In this document: positions 26,408-34,312 of the stretch, one piece after another
How positions within the stretch are numbered: the stretch's first letter is position 1
Layout: each line of letters begins with the position of its first letter
DNA from: an uncultured Candidatus Saccharimonas sp.
GTDB lineage: Bacteria > Patescibacteriota > Saccharimonadia > Saccharimonadales > AQU-01
Direction of reading: 5' to 3'
Length of the DNA stretch: 64,000 bases
NCBI GenBank assembly: GCA_943358095.1
Contig: CALRGT010000001.1
Span: forward strand, 450 to 64,449
The notes under the pieces: model-generated
Told to the model about the DNA's origin: nothing
The model's database searches: none
The model's input: the letters and a program-made list of their open reading frames with translations, nothing else
Made by a program: the position numbers and the translations under genes

Positions 26408-28660
26408 ATGAAAAGAGGCAAGTACATAGTTCTAGAAGGAGCTGAAGGCGTAGGCAAGACAACTCAGCTTAAAATCTTGGCCAAGTATTTACAGTCAACA
26501 GGAATAGCAGTACGGTTACTACGCGAACCTGATAGTCAGAGCGACTTAACGGCAAGAACTATTCGACACCTTACTCAAAGTCCTCAATATCCTATGAATA
26601 CACGAACCGAGGTGTTGCTATATAACGCAGCCAGGGCTCAGTCCTTGCAGGTTATTAAAGAAAGCATCGAACAAGGCGTTACTTGTCTAGTAGATAGAAG
26701 CTATCTAACTACTCTAGCTGTTCAGTATTACGGGCGAGGCGACGTGCCAGAATATGACACCATTAATAATATAATCTCTTTTGCTGTTGGAGACATGGAA
26801 CCAGATCTCACTGTAATCCTGGATGCGCCGGTAGATTATTTAATTAAAAGAGCAAAATCACGCGGCCAGGGCGAAAGATTCGATAATTTAGACGAAAATT
26901 TTCTTGATAAAGTACGAGCAGGTTACTTATTAGAAGCAAAGAACCGTAATCTGCCTGTAGTTTCAGCAATTGGCGAACCGCTAGAAGTCTTTAAGCAAGT
27001 ATGGGAGCACGTCGCAAAATCTCTAGCTACAAGAACCAAATCAACAACAGCGTCAGTACCGAGTGAGCCTGTTGATAATACTGAGCTAGTTCACAAAGAC
27101 GCTAATGGCCAATATACGATTACAAGTAGTGGAAAATCTGAATTAGCTAAATATGTCACAGATTCTGAAGGTGAAGTCTACGCTTTTACGCAAGAACTTA
27201 GCCCATTAACTATCGCCGCTGCAATGGCGCGTCTTAGCCGTCGCGTTGACGATATGCGGATTACGCTATTGGACGAATTTTCTGGTCAAGCCGGCAAAGA
27301 CGAAAAACTCTTGCAGAGAGTAATTACAGCCTATGGCGATGACTCCGTTCAGCAATTAGTAGGAATGCACCTTGTAGTCGAGGGAGCATCTAACTTGCTT
27401 ACAAAAAAACTAGAGTGGGGCAGACTAGCCGCTTATCTAGAACAATCTACGAGATATATTTACTTTGACCAAAAAGATGCTGAGGGAAATTACAGGTACT
27501 TTACGCCAAAAGATTTAGACTCAGAAACTAAGGCTAAATATACTGAGGCAATGGACCAAATTTTTGATAGATATTCTATGATGGTTCGTGAACTTAGTGA
27601 CTATATTAGACGCAATTCGAAAGTACCAAAAGCCGAACAAGATACAGCATGGCTAGGCGCAACTAGAGCACAAGCTTGTGATGCAATTCGAGGCGTATTA
27701 CCCGTAGCGACCAAATCTACTGTTGGAATCTTTGCATCCGGCCAGGCACTAGAAAGCTTAATAATGCATTTGCTAAGCGATGAACTACCTGAAGCACGCG
27801 ATACAGGACAAAAAATTCTTGATGAATCGCGAAAAGTTATGCCGGCATTTCTGGAAAGGGCCGACAAACCTGAGCGTGGAGGCGCAATGATTGCCTATCG
27901 CTCAAATACCTATAAGGCTATGGAAAGTATCGCAAAAAAGAATCTGCAGGACTCCTATGGCCAATATGAAGAACCGGTGAGACTGGCAAATGTCTGGCCT
28001 CGCAATGAACTCGATCTTTTACCAGACATGCTATACGAGCACAGCAGCTTATCTTTAGAAGAAATTCGACGAGTCGTAGATGGTTGGTCATATGATAAAC
28101 GAGAGAAAGTATTCAAATCATATATTGGCGAAAGACTTAACAGACGACACAAGCCTGGACGCGCCATAGAAAAAGCCCATTATAGCTGGGACTTAGTATG
28201 CGATTATGGAATTTTCCGTGACCTGCAAAGACACCGCATGGTGGACGATTTGCAGTGGCAGGCCCTTACGCCTCGTTACGGCTATGATGTGCCAGAACTT
28301 GTAGAAGAAGCTGGGCTAAGCGATCAATACGAAGAGTGTTTTGATATTAGCGTCAGGCTTCACAGCGAGATGCAATCAGCAAAATTTGAATTAGAATCAC
28401 AATATGCCACACTGTTTGGGCATCGAATGCGTTGGAAAATTACCTATAATGCCAGACAAGCATTCCACTTTCATGAGCTTCGAACAACACCTCAAGGACA
28501 TCCAGGTTACCGCAAACTCGTTAAGCAAATGCATGATAAATTATGCGAAGTTCACCCATTAATTGGTGAGGCTATGAAGTTTGTTAACACTGACGAGGAC
28601 CCAGAACTTACGCGTCTAGCGGCAGAAAGATACACTCAGTTCAAACTGTCTCAGATGTAA
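26408..28660 (+). CDS. Thymidylate kinase fused to two tandem ThyX (flavin-dependent thymidylate synthase) modules
   Basis: aa 1-205 Tmk (YIVLEGAEGVGKTTQ, REPDS, DRSYLTTLAVQYYGRG, PDLTVILD). aa ~255-500 ThyX-like (…LEWGRLAAYLEQSTRY…ATRAQACDAIRGVLPVATKST…). aa ~505-750 second ThyX-like (…LQRHRMVDDLQWQALTPRY…ITYNARQAFHFHELR…). Confidence 0.7.
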   Translation: MKRGKYIVLEGAEGVGKTTQLKILAKYLQSTGIAVRLLREPDSQSDLTARTIRHLTQSPQYPMNTRTEVLLYNAARAQSLQVIKESIEQGVTCLVDRSYLTTLAVQYYGRGDVPEYDTINNIISFAVGDMEPDLTVILDAPVDYLIKRAKSRGQGERFDNLDENFLDKVRAGYLLEAKNRNLPVVSAIGEPLEVFKQVWEHVAKSLATRTKSTTASVPSEPVDNTELVHKDANGQYTITSSGKSELAKYVTDSEGEVYAFTQELSPLTIAAAMARLSRRVDDMRITLLDEFSGQAGKDEKLLQRVITAYGDDSVQQLVGMHLVVEGASNLLTKKLEWGRLAAYLEQSTRYIYFDQKDAEGNYRYFTPKDLDSETKAKYTEAMDQIFDRYSMMVRELSDYIRRNSKVPKAEQDTAWLGATRAQACDAIRGVLPVATKSTVGIFASGQALESLIMHLLSDELPEARDTGQKILDESRKVMPAFLERADKPERGGAMIAYRSNTYKAMESIAKKNLQDSYGQYEEPVRLANVWPRNELDLLPDMLYEHSSLSLEEIRRVVDGWSYDKREKVFKSYIGERLNRRHKPGRAIEKAHYSWDLVCDYGIFRDLQRHRMVDDLQWQALTPRYGYDVPELVEEAGLSDQYEECFDISVRLHSEMQSAKFELESQYATLFGHRMRWKITYNARQAFHFHELRTTPQGHPGYRKLVKQMHDKLCEVHPLIGEAMKFVNTDEDPELTRLAAERYTQFKLSQM

Positions 28661-28669
28661 ATCTGCGCC

Positions 28670-29161
28670 TTAAACTTCGGGGTGAGTAATTTCAAAAACA
28701 GCTATTCGACCAATATTTTTTGGAATATATGGATAGATCTCAATAGCTGCGGCGTGTGCTTTCTCGCCAGGATTAATGAGGCTTCCAGACAAACTTGATC
28801 CAGTTTCGGAATTACTTATCCATTCAACAGGATTTTTGCCTAATCGACTAAAACTAAGAGGCCCAACAGTCAAGTCAAACCTGTGAGCAGCAGAAGTGGC
28901 GCCAACTATAAATCCGTCAAGCGTAGGAGTTTCTTTGCCCTCTGGTGCTTTAAAAATAAATGGTCTAATAGTCGTCTTTTCTTCGTCTATATAGCTTGGC
29001 TCGATAGAACCGTTAAGAATATTAATAGCTCTTATGCCGAGGTCACTACCTTTAATGGTCTTTGGGTTTGTTCTAAGCAAATCAACGTAGGCATGACGAG
29101 CCGCCTCAACATCACGCATGTGTTCTATATGGTTTAATCGTTGTCTAATTGTTTCGCTCAT
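28670..29161 (-). CDS. Hypothetical protein (163 aa)
   Basis: Clean ORF convergent with the Tmk-ThyX gene; no recognisable motif. Confidence 0.4.
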   Translation of the reverse strand: MSETIRQRLNHIEHMRDVEAARHAYVDLLRTNPKTIKGSDLGIRAINILNGSIEPSYIDEEKTTIRPFIFKAPEGKETPTLDGFIVGATSAAHRFDLTVGPLSFSRLGKNPVEWISNSETGSSLSGSLINPGEKAHAAAIEIYPYIPKNIGRIAVFEITHPEV

Positions 29162-29293
29162 AGTATCAATTTCTTATCAGTACTTTTTTGTGGTTTTTAG
29201 ATGACCGAACATTATTATACTACTTTAATTGTATTTGTAAAGTTCATAGTCATTATAGTAATTTTCGTAACGAAATAAAGGTTAAAAATTATT

Positions 29294-29322
29294 TTGACAT
29301 TAGATTGCTAATCGTTTAGTAT
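29294..29322 (+). promoter_or_regulatory. Sigma-70-like promoter (TTGACA-17-TAGTAT) firing into a gene-poor 0.9-kb region
   Basis: TTGACA 29294-29299 and TAGTAT 29317-29322 inside an AT-rich divergent intergenic region. Confidence 0.3.
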
Positions 29323-29487
29323 AAATAATAATGAAAACCCAGACCCAACTAGTAGCACTCAACCTCAGTCTTCCGCGGCTGTGCCCTGAGATAGTTGGGG
29401 CCGCGTTTAGTCGATAAGACATAACGCCGTGGTACAGCCCAGCAACAAGAGCCCTAACAAAAGTTAGAGCTTTTTAAATTAAATAGA

Positions 29488-29751
29488 ATGGAATTATTGA
29501 TGAGACGAGAAACAGAACAGTACTTTAGACGTGCAATTTTAAGCGGCGACAATGGTGCTTCTGAGCAAATTAAAATGTCACACCCCGGTAAGGCTAATGG
29601 TATCAGACGTACTATGGGCGCTATTGCTGCACAAATTATTCGCTCTGAAGAGGGTTTACCTTTACCAGATTTTATAAGGCAAGAACCGTCAGCTGTTGAC
29701 TCAGTTCCTGATACAACATTTGCCGTAACAACAGAAGATGAAACAAGATAA
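29488..29751 (+). CDS. Hypothetical small protein (87 aa; alternative start 29500)
   Basis: ORF with non-random composition, stop overlapping the start of the next small ORF (TAATG); an antisense ORF overlaps, so uncertain. Confidence 0.25.
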   Translation: MELLMRRETEQYFRRAILSGDNGASEQIKMSHPGKANGIRRTMGAIAAQIIRSEEGLPLPDFIRQEPSAVDSVPDTTFAVTTEDETR

Positions 29752-29957
29752 TGGAAAAGAACATAGAAAATTTTGATATTAACAGTCCAGAAACAACTAA
29801 TGAACGCATAGCTAAATTGCACAGACAAGGTCGCTTAATCCCAGCTCCGCCAGACACTGCTTTTTTTGGAGGCCGTCCCGCAGGAATCGTAGGAATAAGT
29901 GGCGCTGAAGTAGAAATGGTATTTGTCGGCTTAGGCAATGCTGTCGAAAACATATAG
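29751..29957 (+). CDS. Hypothetical small protein (68 aa), translationally coupled to the preceding ORF
   Basis: TAATG coupling; Gly/Ala/Pro-containing sequence; no motif. Confidence 0.25.
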   Translation: MEKNIENFDINSPETTNERIAKLHRQGRLIPAPPDTAFFGGRPAGIVGISGAEVEMVFVGLGNAVENI

Positions 29958-30102
29958 TAGCTCGCGCGTACGCCGATCACAGGCACACCGTAAATACGTT
30001 TTTTCTAATGCCACAGATAGAAGAGGTATATAACTATCCGACGCAGATCTATGGCGACTCGTTTCCAAGGGGTTATGAGGATTAAATTTGCCCGATATGT
30101 GA

Positions 30103-30131
30103 TTGACTTAATCTGTTAAATAGACTAGAAT
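30103..30131 (+). promoter_or_regulatory. Sigma-70-like promoter for rplJ-rplL (TTGACT-17-TAGAAT)
   Basis: TTGACT 30103-30108, 17-nt spacer, TAGAAT 30126-30131, ~190 nt upstream of rplJ. Confidence 0.45.
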
Positions 30132-30318
30132 AACTCTGTTACCAAAGACAGTAGCGGTGAGTCCTAACAGACAAACGTAAAAATGCTACCGAGGTCAGAA
30201 TTTATTCTCTTCGAAATTATTAGTCTTTGATGTAAATCGTCGAAGACTTTTTATTTTCGGTAACAAACAGTCCTCAATGGTCGATGGCTGTTAATAACAA
30301 CAAAAGGAAACATTATCT
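30132..30318 (+). promoter_or_regulatory. rplJ 5' leader (candidate L10(L12)4 autoregulatory leader)
   Basis: Long untranslated leader between promoter and rplJ, as found for L10 leaders in most bacteria; structure not verified. Confidence 0.3.
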
Positions 30319-30843
30319 ATGGCGCTAAGTAGAATCAAGAAGAACGAAGTACTCGACGAAGTCAGTGGCTTACTCGATGCTTCAAAACTTACTGTACTTG
30401 CAGCATATGCCGGTACGAGCGTGAAAGAGCTACAAGAGTTGCGAAAATCAGCTCGTGAAAACTCGACTCACGTTAGAGTCATCAAAAACCGTTTGGTCAT
30501 TAAGGCACTACAAAACAACGAACGCTTTAAAGCAGTTGACACTAGCGCACTAAAAGGCCAGATACTATACGCCTTCAACAGCGAAGACGAAGTAGCTTCA
30601 GCACAAGTTTTGGCAAAGTTTGCTAAAACCGCTCCAACTCTTCAATTCGTAGGTGGTATCAGTAGCGAAGGTGCTTTTATTAGCGCCGACGACGTAAAAG
30701 CCCTAGCATTATTGCCGGGCAAAAATCAGCTTATTGCTGAGGTACTGGCAACACTTTCATCTCCGTTAGACGGAGTTATGAACGGTTTGTCAGGCAACTT
30801 ACACGCTCTACTCGATGGAGTAGAAGCTAAGGCAAAAGCCTAA
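30319..30843 (+). CDS. rplJ: 50S ribosomal protein L10
   Basis: 174 aa L10; followed by rplL. Confidence 0.9.
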   Translation: MALSRIKKNEVLDEVSGLLDASKLTVLAAYAGTSVKELQELRKSARENSTHVRVIKNRLVIKALQNNERFKAVDTSALKGQILYAFNSEDEVASAQVLAKFAKTAPTLQFVGGISSEGAFISADDVKALALLPGKNQLIAEVLATLSSPLDGVMNGLSGNLHALLDGVEAKAKA

Positions 30844-30865
30844 TTAATTTAAGAAAGGATCTATC

Positions 30866-31246
30866 ATGGCAGATTTAAAGAAGATTGCAGAACAGTTAAC
30901 AGGCTTGACTGTACTAGAAGTTAACGAACTTAAGACTATCCTTAAGGATGAATACGGTATCGAACCAGCTGCAGCAGCAGTTGCAATGGCCGGTCCAGCT
31001 GGCGGCGGCGACGCTGCTCCTGCTGAAGACGCTAAAAGTGAATACAACGTCGTTCTAAAAGACGCTGGTGCACAGAAGGTCGCTATCATCAAAGCTGTTA
31101 AGGACATCACAGGCCTAGGTCTTGGTGAAGCTAAAGCTCTAGTTGATGGTGCTCCAAAAACTATCTTAGAAAACGCTAAGAAAGATGACGCTGAAGCAGC
31201 CAAGAAAACTCTTGAAGACGCTGGCGCAACTGTCGAACTAGTCTAA
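30866..31246 (+). CDS. rplL: 50S ribosomal protein L7/L12
   Basis: N-terminal dimerisation helix, Ala/Gly/Pro hinge ([21 protein letters not shown]), conserved C-terminal domain ([28 protein letters not shown]). Confidence 0.9.
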   Translation: MADLKKIAEQLTGLTVLEVNELKTILKDEYGIEPAAAAVAMAGPAGGGDAAPAEDAKSEYNVVLKDAGAQKVAIIKAVKDITGLGLGEAKALVDGAPKTILENAKKDDAEAAKKTLEDAGATVELV

Positions 31247-31265
31247 TCACTAGATTCTGCAATGA

Positions 31266-31305
31266 ATAGAGCTCTGTCCCTTGGACGGGGCTCTATTTAT
31301 TTCTG
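31266..31305 (+). terminator. Intrinsic terminator after rplL
   Basis: ATAGAGCTCTGTCCC-TTGG-ACGGGGCTCTAT hairpin followed by TTATTTCT. Confidence 0.6.
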
Positions 31306-31423
31306 CCGATCTTTTAATGATAGTTGTCCACAGAATTATTTTAATTTTTTGACTTGACGAACGAACCGTGGTACGTTAAAGCTAATATTGGAGCAAAAAT
31401 AGACAGGATACGCTGGAGCAAAT

Positions 31424-31933
31424 ATGGCCGACTTCCCAGAGAAACAAGTTAAAAGACTAAGAACCCTCATTCAGGAGGCAGAAACAAGCCTAGCTGCCGC
31501 TAAAGAGCTTCTAGTTAGCATTGTGGGCGAAGATCCTACAGTTACTGCATCATTGACCGACGATAACCTAGGTAAAATCATCGAAGGTGTATTTGATGGT
31601 CAAATTATGGTTGGCTCTGACGGCAAGACTTATCCAGTGCCAGCAAATTACGCTTCTAAATCAAAATTAGTCCAAGGTGACATACTTAAACTTACAATTG
31701 CAGACGATGGCGCCTTTATGTACAAGCAAATCGGGCCTATACCTCGCAAGCAGATTGTCGGTATGCTAGAACTAAAAGACGGACATTACTTTGTAAACGT
31801 CGGTGAACGAGCTTACCGCGTATTACTTGCTAGCGTGACTTACTTTAAGGCAAAGCCTGGCGACCAAGTTAGCGTAAACGTACCAGAAGACGACGACCAT
31901 ACCGAATGGGCTGCTCTAGAAGCAGCTCTGTAG
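31424..31933 (+). CDS. Hypothetical protein (169 aa)
   Basis: Clean ORF with GGAG RBS; no motif recognised. Confidence 0.4.
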   Translation: MADFPEKQVKRLRTLIQEAETSLAAAKELLVSIVGEDPTVTASLTDDNLGKIIEGVFDGQIMVGSDGKTYPVPANYASKSKLVQGDILKLTIADDGAFMYKQIGPIPRKQIVGMLELKDGHYFVNVGERAYRVLLASVTYFKAKPGDQVSVNVPEDDDHTEWAALEAAL

Positions 31934-31978
31934 TATACACATATTGATACACCGTGATTTTCATTCTATAATATAGTC

Positions 31979-32650
31979 ATGACTCAAGAAAATACTGAGA
32001 AGCTACACAGACTTCAGTCCAATCATAATGACTGGGATGATATTAAGGATGAAGATCTATCACGGTTGCAAAGAATTGCTAAAAAGTCTCATGGAGTAAT
32101 AACGGCTGCTAATGCCATTACCATCGCAGGAACAGTTGCTGTTATAAATGGCCTTAGCGATTTTGCTGATGGACGCAAAGTAGAAGGCACAGCCAAAGTA
32201 CTAGTTGGCAGATTAGGCGACATAGCGGACGGCGCAGTAGCTGACAAAACAAAAACAAAAGGTAGATTTGGGAGAGATCTTGATCCTACAGTTGATAAAA
32301 TTCAGCTTGCAGCCGGTCTTGTAATACTTACAGGTGCAGATGTACTACCAATTGCAGCAACCATCGCAGTAGCAACCCCAAACATCATAGGCTCAATAGG
32401 TTCTATTGCAGCAAGAAAACACGGCGTAGAAGTCAATCCATCTGCGTCAGGAAAACACGGCGCAGCGGCTGTGTGGATTGGCGTTGGAGCTTTCATGCTC
32501 AAGAACGCCATCGAGAAACATTCACCCGGTTTGGTAGATTCTGGTCTGGAAGCTATTGGCTGGGCAGGCACTGTAGGAGGTGCAGCATTATCATTACCTG
32601 CAGCAGTCGAATATTCAAAAGCTGGATTCAGTGAAAATCTCGATAAGTAA
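31979..32650 (+). CDS. Hypothetical polytopic membrane protein (Gly/Ala-rich TM helices; weak DxxDG motif)
   Basis: Four hydrophobic segments; SDFADGRKVEGTAKVLVGRLGDIADGAVAD loosely resembles the CDP-alcohol phosphatidyltransferase signature, not convincing. Confidence 0.4.
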   Translation: MTQENTEKLHRLQSNHNDWDDIKDEDLSRLQRIAKKSHGVITAANAITIAGTVAVINGLSDFADGRKVEGTAKVLVGRLGDIADGAVADKTKTKGRFGRDLDPTVDKIQLAAGLVILTGADVLPIAATIAVATPNIIGSIGSIAARKHGVEVNPSASGKHGAAAVWIGVGAFMLKNAIEKHSPGLVDSGLEAIGWAGTVGGAALSLPAAVEYSKAGFSENLDK

Positions 32651-32782
32651 TCACTACCGCGCCGCTAATATACGTTGTAAAAACGAACTCACGCAGATTA
32701 CTGCTGATAGCTTATAATTGTACTACTAACTAAGTGGAGGGTTTCGGCGACTGAATGTATTGTCAGTTTATGAAAATTACTA

Positions 32783-34288
32783 ATGGCTCAGGCTTTATAC
32801 AGAAAATACCGTCCTAAAAAGCTAAGTGATGTTGTCGGACAAGAACATATCACCAGCACTCTAGATAACGCCCTTAAAAGCGGCAAATTAAGCCATGCTT
32901 ATTTATTTACGGGCCCTCATGGCGTAGGCAAAACATCTATAGCTCGCATACTAGCCCACGAAGTAAATGACCTTAAATATGACGATGAGTCTAGTCACTT
33001 AGATATAATCGAAATTGATGCCGCCAGTAACCGCCGAATTGACGAAATACGAGATATACGCGACAAAGTACATATCAGCCCAACATCCGCCAAGTACAAA
33101 GTTTATATAATTGACGAAGTTCATATGTTAACCAGAGAAGCTTTTAATGCGCTATTAAAAACTCTCGAGGAACCCCCAGCTCACGTTATTTTTATCTTGG
33201 CGACTACTGAGGTACACAAACTTCCTGAAACAATTATCAGCAGAACTCAACGCTATTCATTTAAACCAATCGAAATAAGTAGCGCCATTAAGCAGCTTGC
33301 CCTAATATCTCAAAAAGAAGGAATCGATGCTGACGAAGAGGCCCTAAGACTGATAGCAGAACAGGGCGACGGCAGTTTTCGTGACAGCATCAGCCTCCTC
33401 GATCAATCACGTCACACTGGCAAATTAACTTCTGACGATGTGCGAAGAATTCTTGGCATTGCTCCTGATGTTTTTATAAACAAAATCATTGAAATTATAA
33501 ATACTGGCACGGCGATTGAAATAATTAAGGTTCTACAAGAATTAAAAGATTTGGGGTACCAACCAACTAGTATCGCCAAACAAATTTCAGAAAAGCTTAG
33601 AGAAGCTGTAATAAACGACTCTTCACAAATGAGCGCGAATGATTCTCTAGCACTATTATCTAAATTACTTCAGGTCCCTACCTACAATAATCCTGAACAA
33701 TATCTAGAAATTACGCTGTTAGGAGTGGTTCTGGGTAACGATGAGCAAACATTCTCTAAACCTATAAAAGCAGCAGCGATAGCCTCACCAAGCCCTGTCC
33801 TTAAGATCGAAACTATTGCTCCAGAAATTACTGAGCCCATAAAACAAACCGAACCTGCACCAAAAGCAGTAAAAGAAACTAAGCCAGTCAAAAAACCAGA
33901 AGTAGAAAAAATCGTTAAAATTACACCTGATGATACGAACTTTGTAGAAGTCATATGGCCGACGGTTTTAAACGAGCTAAAGACTCGACATAGCACGCTA
34001 TATGGGGTTCTTAGGATGTCTACTGCAAGCTTTGGAGAGCAGACGCTTACACTTCTATTTCGATTTCCATTTCATCAAAAACAGATGAAGGATTCCAAAA
34101 ATCACAAGAAACTTTACGATATTATTAGCGAAAAGATCGATACCCCAATAACTATCATCTACGAAATGAGTCAAAAAGGTGAGGCGGAAGAGCCAGCAGC
34201 AATAAAAGAAACTGCAGCACCAGCTAAAGACACAAATATTGATACCGTAAGCAATATTTTTGCAGGCGCCGAAGTGCTAGAATCATAA
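32783..34288 (+). CDS. dnaX: DNA polymerase III subunit gamma/tau
   Basis: N-terminal YRKYRPKKLSDVVGQEHI...AYLFTGPHGVGKTSIARILA (Walker A), DEVHML (Walker B), SRTQRY sensor; 501 aa; no A-AAA-AAG frameshift heptamer found. Confidence 0.85.
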   Translation: MAQALYRKYRPKKLSDVVGQEHITSTLDNALKSGKLSHAYLFTGPHGVGKTSIARILAHEVNDLKYDDESSHLDIIEIDAASNRRIDEIRDIRDKVHISPTSAKYKVYIIDEVHMLTREAFNALLKTLEEPPAHVIFILATTEVHKLPETIISRTQRYSFKPIEISSAIKQLALISQKEGIDADEEALRLIAEQGDGSFRDSISLLDQSRHTGKLTSDDVRRILGIAPDVFINKIIEIINTGTAIEIIKVLQELKDLGYQPTSIAKQISEKLREAVINDSSQMSANDSLALLSKLLQVPTYNNPEQYLEITLLGVVLGNDEQTFSKPIKAAAIASPSPVLKIETIAPEITEPIKQTEPAPKAVKETKPVKKPEVEKIVKITPDDTNFVEVIWPTVLNELKTRHSTLYGVLRMSTASFGEQTLTLLFRFPFHQKQMKDSKNHKKLYDIISEKIDTPITIIYEMSQKGEAEEPAAIKETAAPAKDTNIDTVSNIFAGAEVLES

Positions 34289-34312
34289 ATATAATAAGGT
34301 GTTGAACGAATA

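Noticed and set aside
29341-29460. ZTP or THF riboswitch near the folate/thymidylate island
   Set aside because: The hairpin-rich stretch does not match the pfl (ZTP) pseudoknot consensus or the THF riboswitch conserved junctions as far as I can judge by eye. It cannot be excluded without a covariance-model scan.
29454-29986. Minus-strand ORFs 29454..29828 and 29672..29986
   Set aside because: They are antisense to the two + strand mini-ORFs. Their composition (Phe/Cys/Ser-rich with long hydrophobic runs) is typical of spurious AT-rich reverse frames. Neither strand is certain.
29162-30102. RNase P RNA, tmRNA or SRP RNA in the gene-poor region
   Set aside because: None of the universally conserved motifs is present on either strand. 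These are GGAAAGTCCGG and ACAGAAA for RNase P, the tRNA-Ala-like end with GGTTCGA..TCCACCA for tmRNA, and AGGTCAGG…GGAAGCAGC for SRP.
32783-34288. Programmed -1 frameshift site in dnaX (gamma/tau)
   Set aside because: I searched the ORF for an in-frame A-AAA-AAG type slippery heptamer with a downstream hairpin and found none. The AAAAAA runs at 33312 and 33890 are in the wrong register.
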